This document shows positions 36,236-48,839 of a DNA stretch of 64,000 nt, piece after piece. The stretch's first letter is position 1, and each line of letters begins with the position of its first letter. Below the pieces are notes generated by a model. It did not search any database. It was not told the DNA's origin and worked only from the letters and a program-made list of their open reading frames with translations. The position numbers and the translations under genes are program-made. Source of the DNA: Octopus vulgaris (taxonomy: Eukaryota); contig OX597828.1 of NCBI GenBank assembly GCA_951406725.2, positions 74,958,001 to 75,022,000 on the forward strand. The letters are read 5' to 3'.

Positions 36236-37992
36236 TGAGAGCTGGTGCCTCTGTCTTCTGCATTTGTTGATTAACAAAGATCTTTGATGCTGTTAACGTA
36301 GGGGCATCATAGTAAATTCTTTGGAAACTGGGCTGTCCACCAATTTTTGTCATCATCATCATCACCATCTATCTATTTCCCATGCTGGCATGGATTGGGT
36401 GGTTTAATGGACAGTTGACCATTCTTTTTACATCTATGCATGTAAATGTTAAAAAAAACACTTACTCTTTCATACCCCATCTGATGTACACCAAAATATA
36501 CAGGTGTACATATTCACCCAGGCATGCAGGTACACTGACATCATCAACATTTAACATCCATCTTCCATGCTGACATGGATTGGGTGGTTTGACAGAATCT
36601 TACGAGTACAAGGACCTCCTTGTGGCCTCGTATTTTGCTTTGGCATGTTTTCTAAGGCTAGATGCCCTTCCTAATGCTAACCACTTTGAAGTTTCCATGC
36701 AGCTCACAAATCTATTTAACCCAAGGAGGAGGGGAGCGTTTAATGCTAAACAAGGGTTAGGGTATGAGAGAAGGGGATGGAGTAGGTTCCTGTTGTGGAT
36801 GAGCCACGTGGTTGCTCACATTTAGGAGGGAGGGAGAGAGAGAGAGAGAATGATTCATTCGTATCACCAAAGGGATGAGCAATGGTGATGAGGTGTTCAG
36901 GTGGCACCTCAAGGTGTGAAGTAGGTAGAAGTGAGTGGAGACAGTGTGTGTGTCTGTATGGAGGAGGGTAAGGTAAGTAGGAGAGGGTCTTGTAAATTAT
37001 TTTCCGAGTGGTTACTTTCTGATAAAATTGTTTTAGACTATAAAGTTAAACAGGGTGACATCCCTGACCCTATCCTATTTTCACAATCTTTATTTAGGGT
37101 TTTCAAGATTGTAACATTGGAAACTTGCTGTGGTTTGGAACACTTGACAGGCAGTTTCATTGAAGATATGTATGTATGTGTGTGTGTATGTATTGGCATG
37201 TAAAAAGCACCATTTGGGTGTGTACTGGCACCTGTGCCAGTGGCACATGAAAAAACATTCGAGCGAGGTTGTTGCCAGGGCCTCTGGCCTGGCTCCTGTG
37301 CAGGTGGCATGTAAAAAACATCATTTGAGCATGGCCGTTGCCAGTACCGCCTGAAAGCACCTACTACACTTTTGGAGTGGTTGGCATTAGGAAGGGCATC
37401 CAGCTGTAGACACTCTGCCAGATCAGAATGGAGCCTGGTGCACCCATCTGGTTCGTCAGTCCCCAGTCAAATCATCCAACCCATGCTAGCACGGAAAGCG
37501 GACGTTAAACGATGATGATGATATATGTATGTATATATACATATATATTATTTACACATGCACACACACACACATTTCTGTCTGTCTGTCTCTCTCGCTC
37601 TCCAAATCATCATGTGCTGGTGAAAGGCTCTGAAACAGTAGATGTGCTAAGACTGTATATATTGTAAGGACGCACGCACACACACACACACTCTCTCTTT
37701 GTCTCTTGTCTGTGTGTCTGTCTGACTGTCTATTGCTCTCTTGTCCATCTCCCTACCTATTTGTCTGTCTGTCTGTCTAGAAATGTATGTATATGTATGT
37801 GTGAGTTAGTCTGTAGGGTGTGTGTGTGTGTGTAGTGTTATATGGTGGGAGGTGATGCTCAACCAGATAACTTCAATTCTCAGATGAAGACTTGCAATTC
37901 AGTTGTCACCTGTAGCCATGACGCTCATCATTCACATCTACTCCTGAATGCAGTTACACACTCAAACATACACACATACACATGAAGATATG

Positions 37993-38045
<53 letters not shown>

Positions 38046-39107
38046 GTATTCCCTGTCAAACATATGAGGATACACAAACACACATGAAGAAACATGAGCT
38101 TATACATACACACACACATGGATATGCACAGACATGTGCCCACATACACACACACTCTAACATATACTCATACAATGAAGATATATATATACATACATAC
38201 ACAGACACACATGTACATACTCTATCTCAAACATACATATGAAGATACATGAACTTATACTCACTCACACACACACACACACACATTCACACACTGCTCC
38301 CTATAGTTTGAAGTAGCCTGCATTATGAAAGAGTATCCTTTTAATTAGACATTCAGATATACCTACAGGGTCTATGCAGTCAATACTTAATTACAGTTTA
38401 ATTAGTGTTAATTAGTGTCAAGTGGAAGAAAGAAAAAAAAAACAAGTGGAAATTTCCAATCTTGACACTTAAAGTTTCCCAGAAGATTTGATTTGGAGTT
38501 TTTGGTTGTGAGTTAAGCTGGGAAGAACGAGATTTAAGTTCCACAAATTGTGCATTTAAATATGAAATTATGGCCAGGTTACAGCCTAATTTTAGTTAAT
38601 TTCGGCTTTCCTCTTGTAATTGACGAAAGGGAACCAATCAGAGAACCTATGCATGGCTGATCAATCTGTTAGAAATAGCAGGCAATTGTCTTTGAAATCA
38701 GACACTGTTTTTATTTCACCCTGTTTTAGCATTTAAACTGGCCATTCCAGCCCAAATATTCTTCTTGTTTTTATTCTTAATCTGACCAGATTTGGCATCT
38801 TACACCTACCCAACAATGTTATTCTAAAAATAAGGATCTTGTCATTGGACTCTGGAAGCTGTGAGACAATGCATGACTAAACCAAAACAATGTGAATGAA
38901 TAAGGATTACATTTGACAGAGAAATCTGAAGGCCAAAGGGTTGACCCTTCACCCACCGTAAAATAAATATAAAAAAAAACAGCAAACAAAAAACGTCTGA
39001 AAATGAAGAGCTGTCCATGGGATGGTCATGGATTTTTTATTCATGAGAGCTGAAGTGAATTAAGCAATGGATAGAATAAGAACAGCCACAACACCAACAA
39101 TAGAAAC

Positions 39108-39179
<72 letters not shown>

Positions 39180-39182
39180 CAC
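39108..39182. repeat. (CA)n microsatellite
   Basis: Visible. Confidence 0.95.
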
Positions 39183-39417
39183 GAAAGGGGTGAACTGACA
39201 GAATGTTTAGTATTCCAGACAAACTGCTCAGAGACATTTCGTTTGCCTTTATGTTCTGTGTTCAAATTCTGCTGAGTCTGGCTTTGACTTTCATCCTTTT
39301 GGGGTCAGTAATTTGTGATTCAGTTGAGCCCTGGAGATGATGTGTTCGAGGAACCCCATCCTTCCAAATTTTTGGCCTTGTGCCTATAGCAGAAAGGATA
39401 TCGTATATACCTATGTA

Positions 39418-40659
39418 CAGGGTGTGTAAGATATTTAAGGACAGATTTATGTTAATAAAAAAATAATAACAGATATATAATAACAGATAATAACTTTATT
39501 TATCAAAAAGTGCTATAAAGATAGAAATAAACCTTTTTTTCTCTAATGGTATTCAATAAAGCCACCTTCAGCTTCAACAACTGCTTCTACATGAGATCTA
39601 AATCATCTACATGCTCGAATCAATTGGTTCTGGTTCATTTTGGACATTGCTCTGACTATGGCAGTTTTCAAAGAATCTTTGGTGTTATGGCTATGTTCAT
39701 TGACCTCTCTCTCAAAAATGCTTCACATGTACTGAGATCTGGGGAATTAGGAGGACAAACGTTACGGATTATATGATCATAAACATTTTCAACCGTCCAT
39801 TCCTGTGTTACTAGAGCCACGTGTGATAGTGCAGAGTCTTACTGAAACACGTATGGCCTTCCATTCCATACAGTATCTATCCAGGGCTTAACAATTATTT
39901 CCTGGACCTCAATGTAGGCGGTAGAGTTAACTCTAAGCCCCTGTGGAAAGAAGAAACAAACGAAGCATCACATTTCCTTCCTTGCTGACAACCCCTAAAA
40001 CCATGAGAATTGCTGGAAATTTTGTATGCATAACACATGGAATTTCAGAAGAGTCTGTACATAACCATCTGTCATTTCTTCTGTTAACTTTTTGATCTTG
40101 GTCGACGTTTTTCTCGTTTGAGAGAAACCAAATCTAATCATCTTCTGCTGGATTTTTCAGTTTGTTTAAGAGCCTTTTAGATCTGATGTAGTTATTTTCT
40201 TTTCCTTTTTCTAATAAATTGACCTCTTTTCTCATCATATAAGACTTATATCTGATGTCTTCGTGGACAATATTTCTGACTGCTCCTTCTGACAAATGGA
40301 AATCTTTTGCAATTGACCTCATGGACTTTCTGTGATTGTAATCAATGGTCTGTTGAACTTGTTGGATAAATTCAGTTTTTCTCGTGATTTCAGGGCATTT
40401 AGAATGCTTTTTATGCTTTGATACTGGTGATATGTTTCCATCTTCAGTCTCTAGCTCCTTACAAACTTTGTAGATGAAAGATCTGGAAACTTTTAAAAAT
40501 CAAGATATTTCTAAATCTCTATGCTCAGCCTTTATAACCGCAAAAACAGCATGTCCCTTCAATTTCTTGAGTAAGCTGAGGGTCTGCCATTATTTTCTTA
40601 AACAAAGAATGCAGCAATGACTCAAAAAAGGTATCTCCTCAAATACCTTACACACCTTG
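39418..40659 (-). mobile_element. Full-length degenerate maT/Tc1-like element with TIRs and TA TSD
   Basis: ta|CAGGGTGTGTAAGATATTTAAGGA ... TCCTCAAATACCTTACACACCTTG|ta; relics SMRSIAKDFHLSEGAVRNIVHEDIRYKSY, NRRNDRWL and PPNSPDL. Confidence 0.88.
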
Positions 40660-40675
40660 TATATACATTAACACT

Positions 40676-41066
40676 GGAGTGGCTGTGTGGTAAGAAGCTT
40701 GCTTCCCAACCACATGGTTCTGGGTTCAGTTCCAAAGTGTGGCGTCTTTGAAAAGTGTCTTCTACTATAGCCTTGGGCTGACCAAGGCTTTGTGAGTGGA
40801 ATTGGTAGACAGAAACTGAAAGAAGCCCATCATATATATAATATATATGTATGTTTGTGTGTCTATGTTTGTCCCCACAACATTGCTTGACAACTGATGT
40901 TGGTGTGTTTACGTCCCTGTAACTCAGCGATTCGGTAAAAGAGACCAATAAAATAAGTACCAGGCTTACAAAGAATACGTCCTGGGGTTGATTTGTTTGA
41001 CTAAATGCGATGCTCCAGCATGGCCGCAATCAGATGACGGAAACAAGTAAAAGAAAAAAAGAAAGA
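40676..41066 (+). mobile_element. CORE-type SINE family A, full length; others at about 43805-44190 (+), 44225-44710 (+), 45590-45990 (-) and 61788-62150 (+)
   Basis: Head, core, microsatellite and tail all present. Confidence 0.85.
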
Positions 41067-41088
41067 ATATATACATATAAATGTATGC

Positions 41089-41161
<73 letters not shown>

Positions 41162-41163
<2 letters not shown>

Positions 41164-41572
41164 AATAAATGGCACAACTAAGTACTGATATTTACTGAAA
41201 TAGCGAACGTAAAATATGACGCTAATGTGTAGCTTCACCGCGTATGTATTAGCAAAAATGCGTGTGTGCAACAAAATAGAAAAAAACCGTCTTACCTCCA
41301 GGGAGATCATCTGAAAGATGAAACACCCGGAAAATGGATAATGTGGTACCTGCAGGTTTCAGGTTTTGCAAGATATGTCTCTCACCCATATTTTGCTTTA
41401 CCTTCTTCAGCCAAACATATACCAAGACGAAACTACGATGTTACCACATTAATACTAACACACTCGACTGAAATACGGAACGCTAACAGTACGAGAAACG
41501 GTGAAGAAGTTTCAAAATATCAGTAATGCAATACAAAGTATTGCCTTCCAGTAAAAGTAGCCCGTGAGGAAA
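41162..41572 (-). mobile_element. Probable Penelope-like pLTR fragment inserted in a (TA)n tract
   Basis: CpG-retaining segment flanked on both sides by (TA)n and carrying a type I hammerhead; the family call is inferred from the ribozyme type. Confidence 0.5.
41341..41418 (-). ncRNA. Type I hammerhead ribozyme with canonical core
   Basis: AUGUUUGG-CUGAAGA-AGGU..GCAA.AUAUG(loop)CAUAU.UUGC..ACCU-GAAA-CCUGCAGG-UA-CCACAU; predicted cleavage after GUA, between 41347 and 41346. Confidence 0.8.
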
Positions 41573-42339
41573 ATATATATGTTGTTATATATATATATAT
41601 ATATATATAATACCTCTCTAAATATATGCATCTATATATATTGTACGCACACATATATGCATATAATTATATATTCAAATCCTCAAATCCATATCTTTAT
41701 ACACATTCACGCACACACACACACACACCCACACACACACACACACATATATCTCAATTAACCCTTTTGTTACTAACCTGGCCAAAACCAGCTCTGGCTC
41801 TGTGGTAAAACGTCTTGTTTTTATAAGTTTTGAATTAAAATCTTCCACCAAACTTTAGTCACAATTTATGTTCCTAACACTAGCTGAATGATAACTAAAT
41901 TATTCTACTAAATTCTTTGTCATATTTAAAATAATTGAAAGAAACACAGAGCATCTCAAATACAGTAACGAACGGGTTAAGTGATGATGATATACGTATA
42001 TAAATCATCATCATCATTTAATGTCCATTGTCCATGCTGGCATGGGTTGGATGGTTTGACCAGGGCTGGTAAGCTGGAAGGCTGCACCAGACTCCAGTCT
42101 GATTTGGCATGGTTTTCCACCACTGGATGCCCTTCCTAACGCCAGCCACTCTGAGAGTGTAATGGGTGCTTTTGCATGTCACTGGCACAGGTGCCATTTG
42201 CATCACATTGGTATCTGCAATGATTACGATTTCACTTGGCTTGATGGGTCTTCTCAGCATAAAGTATATATAAATATATATATACTCTTTCTTAACTGGT
42301 TTCAGTCAAAGGCTGTGGCCATGCTGGGGCACCACCATT

Positions 42340-42797
42340 AGTGGTTTTTGTTTCATGTTATAATCCTCCCTCAAAATGTATCAAAGCATCACAGTAGAAC
42401 TCTTGACTGGTGGTATGGCCCTGGGGGATGAATTCTCGATGTACAGTACCCTATTTCCAGGGGTGACACTCATGGCAGGTCTTCCAGGGACATTTTTCTG
42501 CTTTTGAGGCACCTGTGCCACTTGAAACATTGCGTACAACCCATGGCCTCCTCGCCATAAGCTTGCCAAAGCATGCTCAGTGTCTCTGTAGCAAACTTCC
42601 CAAGTTTAATGCAAAATTCTGCATTGGCCCTTTGTTCTACAGTATAGAGATGATCACAAAGGTGCAAATTTCACAACTTGTGAAGTAAACCCAGCAATGT
42701 CACTCAGCACACTGCCCCATGAAGGTCACTGCTAGCTCTCACTGTGCTGCCATCTGTTGGTGCACTACAGAACTAGTCTGGAAACTTTCTGATACCA
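42340..42797 (-). mobile_element. Internally deleted mariner (N-terminal HTH)
   Basis: EQRANAEFCIKLGKFATETLSML.QAYGEEAM..TQCFKWH, typical mariner N-terminus. Confidence 0.75.
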
Positions 42798-42823
42798 TGG
42801 AATTTATAAGCATATAATGGATC

Positions 42824-43179
42824 GTAGTAAAGATTGTTTGCCAACATAACATGTCAGTCCTGGTTTAGGACGTATGTTGCTGTAATTTAACCCCACGAAA
42901 CATCGTGTCCAGCTGGCTTTACGACACAATCTGTGTCCTTATATTTTCAAACAAGGGAATCTAGCACCCCCAACTCAGCTCAAAACAATAACCCAGAAAT
43001 CACAATACACAGATATTGTTTTGAGCTGAGTGGGGGTGCTAGATGCCCTTGTTTGAAAATATAAGGACACAGACCGTGTCGTATAGACAGCTGGAGACGA
43101 TATCTCCTGGGGCTAAATTACAGCAACTTTCGTCCTAAACCAAGACTGCCATGTTATGTTGGCAAACAATCTTTACTAC
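42824..43179. repeat. 356-bp foldback inverted repeat (about 166-bp arms, 23-nt spacer), MITE-like
   Basis: 42824-42990 is the reverse complement of 43014-43179 with roughly 15 differences counted by eye; possible TA TSD. Confidence 0.92.
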
Positions 43180-43242
43180 AAAGTACTGTTGCTGAATATC
43201 TTTCGTTGAACGATTTACAAATAGTAATTTTCTAATTTAATG

Positions 43243-43373
43243 CATTGCTATGTGCGTTTCCACAAATCACATGTCTCTTAAGATCACAGTCCGTATTGCT
43301 GGGCTGATTACAGTGTAGTCCGTAGATGGCCATCCGGTTGATCATCATCATTGGTTTATTTCTTCAGACGATG
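43243..43373 (-). ncRNA. Degenerate type I hammerhead with a long helix II insertion
   Basis: CAUCGU-CUGAAGA-(about 100 nt)-GAAA-CGCACA-UA-GCAAUG; helix I pairs 5 of 6; helix III resembles a CpG-decayed ACGCGCGU. Confidence 0.4.
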
Positions 43374-45277
43374 TAACATTAGTGAATGAACCACAGAGGA
43401 ATGTTTTCTCTCTTTTTACCAGTATGAAAGTCAAGCGAGTTATTTGGGCATAATGTGTGTGTGTGTGTGTGTGTGTGTGTAGGAAAATGCTTAGAGAACT
43501 TTATGAAGGAAAACAGAAAGAAAATAGGAACCAGTTTCAGCTGGAAGAAAATGGTAAGAAAAATGGAAATTTAAAAATTGGAAGTTTGCATATTTTTCTT
43601 AGAAAAACCACATCATGCAGTATTTTGCATCCTTTTCATTGTATTTGTTCTTTATACGTTTTTTTTTATGTTTTGTTTTATTCAATTTTATTTGTTTTTA
43701 TTTTTTTCTCAAAATTTTTTTTCAATTTATTTCTTAAATTATTTTATTAATTTTCTTATTTTATGATTTGTTTATTTTATTCTTTTCATTTTATTTTTGT
43801 TTATTAGTGTGACTGTGATAAGAAGCATGCTCCTGAACTGCATGGTTCTGGGTTCAGTCCCACTGTGTGGCACCTTGGGCAGGTGTCTTCTACTATAGCC
43901 CTGGGCTGACCTAAGCCTTATGAATCGATTTGGTAGATGAAAACTGAAAGAAGCCCATAGTGTGTGTGTGTGTATATATATATATGTTGGGGGGGGGATT
44001 TGTCCCCCACTACTGCTTGACAGCCAGTGTTGGTGTGTTTATGCTCCTGTAACTTAGCTCTTTAGAGACCAATATAGTAAGCACTAGGCTTTAAAAAATA
44101 GGTCCTGGGGTCAATTCATTTGGCTGAGGCTTCTTCAAGGCAGTGCCCCAGCATGACCACAGTTTAATGGCTGAAACAAGTAAAACTTAAAAGATCAATT
44201 ATATTTATATATATACTCTGTAAGGCACAGGTGTGGCTGTGTGGTAAGTAGCTTGCTTACCAACCACATGGTTCCGAGTTCAGTCCCACTGCATTGCATC
44301 TTGAGTAAGAGTCTTCTACTATAGCCTTGGGCCGACCAAAGCCTTGTGAGTGGATTTGGTAGACGGAAACTGAAAGAAGCCTGTTGCATATAAGGGAGAA
44401 TAGGCACCAGCCAGCCCAAAGGTTGGGGTGGGCTGCACCTCCCTGCCTCGGTTGCTATGGTATTGAGGTAGATCTGGTCACCCATTAATGGGGACAAAAC
44501 CTAGATTTAAAACACTGGATGATGATGATGGTATATATGTGTGTGTGTGTGTTTCTACTCCTGCCAATGCTGGTGTGTTCATGTCTCCATAACTTAGTGG
44601 TTCAGCAAAAGAGACCGATAGAATAAGTACTAGGCTTACAAAGAATAAGTCCTGGGGTTGATATCTTTGACTAAAATCCTTTCAGGTGGTGCTCTAGCAT
44701 GGCCACAGTTTAAACTTTGGTACGTCGTTTCATGTATTTTAAAAACATTTTAAATTCTTCATTCTTCAAATATCTTATTTTTGTTATTTATCTATTTAAA
44801 AAATTTAATTTGTAGTTTTTACTAATTGATTTTATTTTTTATTTATTTGTTCAGTTTTTGTATATTTATTGATATTTTTATGTTCATTTTTTTTATTAGT
44901 TTTGTGTTATTTATCTTCCAGTTTAAATTTATTTTGTATTTGTTTTTTTTTATATTTATTTACATAAATTTTGTTTATCTTTTTTATATATCTGTTTGTC
45001 TTGTCTACATTTAATTATTTCAGTTACGTCTTTATTTTAATTCTTTGTAAAAATTAATTTTATTTATTTTTATGTGTGCAATCATGTTGTTTATATCTAT
45101 TTTTTAATATTTTTGCATTATTTGTTTATTTGCTGTTTATTATTTATCATTTGTATGATTAATTATTTAATCATTTTTTCCAGTTATGTTATCAGTTATT
45201 CATTTATATACACACACACACACACACATATTTGTTTATATATATATACATTATACACACACATACACATATTTGTT

Positions 45278-45311
<34 letters not shown>

Positions 45312-45342
45312 TATTTGTTTATATATATACATACACATATTT

Positions 45343-45382
<40 letters not shown>

Positions 45383-46888
45383 ATATATATATGCATTTGT
45401 TTTTATATATGCATACATATTTGTTTATATTATATATAGGTGTAAGCATGGCTGTGTGGTTAAGAAGCTTGCTTCCCAACTGCATGTTTCTGGGTTCAGT
45501 CTGTCCAAAGCCTTGTGAGTGGATTTTGTAGATAGAAACTGAGTCTCATTGTATGTATGTATCTATCTATATATATATATATATACACACACTCTTTTAC
45601 ACATTTCAGTCATTAGATTGCGGCCATGCTGGAGCACTACCTTTAGTAGAAGAAATCGACCCCATGATTTATTATTTGTAAGCCTAGTACTAATTCTATC
45701 ATTCTTGTTTGCTGAGCTGCTAAGTTTCAGGGACATAAACACACCAACATTGGTTGTCAAGTGATGGTGGGAGGACAAATACAAAGACACACACAAATAT
45801 ATATATATATATATATATACACATGCCGGGCTTCTTTCTGTTTCCGTCTACCAAATCCACTCATAAGGCTTTAGTCAGCCTGCTGCTATACTAGAAGACA
45901 CTTGCCCAAGGTGCCACACAGTGGGACTGAACCCGGAACCATGTCATTGGGAAGCAAGCTTCTTACCACACAGCTATGCCTGTGTCTATATATATATATA
46001 TATATATCATTGTCATCTTTTAATGTCCAGTTTCCGTGCTGGCATGGGTTGGATAATTTCTTAGAGGCTCATCTCTATTTTGGCATGGTTTCTATGGCTG
46101 GATGCCATATGTTATATATCTGTGTGTTTTTGTCCCTCACCACCCCTTGACAACTGGGATTGGTGTGCTTACTCCCCCCATAACTTAGCAGTTTGGCTAA
46201 AGTGACTGACAGAATAAGTAGTAACAGAATAGTTTGACTAAAACCCTCCAAGGCGGTGCCCCTGCATGGCTGCCAAACAGTTATTGATTTGTATACACAC
46301 ACATTTATATGTATCTTCATGTGTATAGATATGCTTATATCAACAAAAATCCAAATTCTAGTTTAAACAGGAAAATATTCAGACTCCTGCTCAAGGAAGA
46401 AAAAAACTTATTAATTAAAAAAGAAAAAGAAAAAGACAGACACACAAATTGTTAAACTTTGTTAGAAAAATCCGAATATTTCTTCTTTTTTCCATTTATT
46501 TGATTGGTTAGGTAAATTACAGAAAAAACTGTTAATCTTGAATATAGATGCATAAAAATGTTAGTTTTGTGTTTTTTTTTCCAAATCTCATTTTATATTT
46601 TTATTGATATATATATTTATTACTTTTTCGATATTTTTATATAAAATGCATACAAAGAAATTTCAGGGGAGAAAGAAAAAAGAATTTATTAAAAATTCTT
46701 CTTTTTTTCTCCTCTTTATTAGTATTTTTTTAATTATTTTTGGTTAGTTTTCTGTATTTTTATTTAAGAAAAGGGGGCCGGGCAAAATTTATTTATTTAT
46801 TTCTATTTTGGTAATAATTTGTTGCTTGTTAATATTGGTTTATCTGTGGAATAACGGCAGTTGTGGTGTTGCCAATGCCAGGTTCGTG

Positions 46889-47025
46889 CTAGACACTCGA
46901 CCATCGTGCAGTGGCACCTGATGATGCTGTCGTTGTTGCCATAGTTACTAGGAAAAGCATTAACAATCTAGATGTGGAAGGCTGTGGCTTCGTAGCTGCA
47001 GTATTTGAACTGTTAGGTTTGTCGA
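46889..47025 (-). CDS. Candidate terminal exon of an unidentified minus-strand gene (xDKPNSSNTAATKPQPSTSRLLMLFLVTMATTTASSGATARWSSV*)
   Basis: Strong acceptor ttttctttctttctttgcag; non-repetitive, GC-elevated island in AT-rich DNA; phase 1 matches the 63544-63574 exon; Ser/Thr linker plus a hydrophobic stretch. Confidence 0.5.
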
Positions 47026-47112
47026 CTGCAAAGAAAGAAAGAAAATGAGAAAAAAAGTGAGAATTGGTTAGAAAAACAAAATCCAGGGGAACAAAAAAAA
47101 AAATGAAATAAT

Positions 47113-47510
47113 CGGGGTGGCTGTGTGGTAAGTAGCTTGCTAACCAACCACATGGTTCTGGGTTCAGTCCCACTGCGTGGCATCTTGGGCAAGTGTCTTC
47201 TGCTATAGCCCCGGGCCGACCAATGCCTTGTGAGTGGATTTGGTAGACGGAAACTGAAAGAAGCCTGTCGTATATATGTATATATATATAAGTGTGTGTG
47301 TATATGTTTGTGTGTCTGTGTTTGTCCCCCTAGAATTGCTTGACAACCGATGCTGGTGTATTTACGTCCCCGTCACTTAGCGGTTCGGCAAAAGAGACCG
47401 ATAGAATAAGTACTGGGCTTACAAAGAATAAGTCCCGGGGTCGATTTGCTCGACTAAAGGCGGTGCTCCAGCATGGCCGCAGTCAAATGACTGAAACAAG
47501 TAAATAAAAA
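47113..47510 (+). mobile_element. Young full-length CORE-type SINE family A
   Basis: CpG-rich intact head, core and tail, inserted in an A-rich tract about 90 bp from the 47025 acceptor. Confidence 0.88.
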
Positions 47511-48499
47511 AAAAATAAATAAAAAAACCCTTTCCTATTCAGATTAATCTGTTGAATGTAATGCTTATTTATTCACATTGTTTCCAATTAATCCTGCTTA
47601 ATCTTGTAGCTTTGAAATTTTGATCTGATCTGATTGTATTACGGGTGAGAAATTTTCTCCATGGCAAAACATGGTGAATGGCCTGTTTACAAGGCTTGAT
47701 GGGATTTTAGCATATTTGAACTGGTATTATTAACATTGTCTGATGTGATTGTCTATATTTAGTGGGATATTGTATAGCAGATGTTTGAGGTCAAATCTGA
47801 CTGGCTGGAACATAAAACAGGTAATATATTTTGGGGCCTGATATATGACTGGTATAAATGCTACAATGACAACAGAGAAGAATGGTAAAAAAAAAAATAT
47901 ATATATATTTTAGAAATTGGTAATGAATATCTACAAAAAGTTATTGGAAATGAAGAAAATAGAAAAATTTAGAAATGGGAAAAACAAAAACTACAGTTTG
48001 AATGAAAAAAAATATAGAGAAACAAAAAAAAATAATTTAGGAAAAGAATTTATAAAAAGTAGACTATCATTACAGCTTTGGTGGCTGTTGTTACCATTTT
48101 AAAATATTACAGTTGCTGCTACTTTGGGGAATTCTTTCATTGTCCTCAAGAACATCAGTGAGTCAAGACTATATATATATATACATACATTTATATACAA
48201 ATATATAAACTGAAACAACATTATAGAACTGTTTATAAGAATGTACACATCCTTGTGTGTGTGTGTGTGTATATATATGTATGTGTGTGTATTTTTTTTT
48301 ATGTATTCTGATAAAACATTGAATTGTTTAGGAGTAGAGATGACATGCAAAAAATTCACAATATCATTAACAGATTTGGGAATTAAACCAATTTCAGATG
48401 AATTCCTGCCCATGAATGATGTGTGGTACCAATCAACAGAAAATAAAATATCGATCCTTTGTCCGGTTGACTGCTGTCCTATCAGAACAGTCAGTTATA

Positions 48500-48770
48500 T
48501 TTTCAAAAGCTACAATGGAAGTGACAAAGGAGCATATTTTGCTTTATGAGTTCAATAAAAGCAACAATACAGCAGTATGCTATTAATGCAAAATATGGGG
48601 ATCGGACAATGAGTGTCAGCCAGTGTCAGCAGTGGTTCCAGAAATTCTGAGCGGGAAACTACAGCCTAGAAGATGAGGCTTGTCCTGGAAGAGTAAAGTA
48701 AATAAACATCTTTAAGAATTGCATTTTCAAACCTTCTTTCGAATATTATTCCACTCGTGCGGTACCTTAC
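48500..48770 (+). mobile_element. Mariner N-terminal fragment
   Basis: ILLYEFNK...QQWFQKF*AGNYSLEDE.CPGR. Confidence 0.65.
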
Positions 48771-48839
48771 AACTCTACTTTGTTATATATATATATAGAG
48801 AGAGAGAGATATAGATATGTATATATAGATATGTATGTA

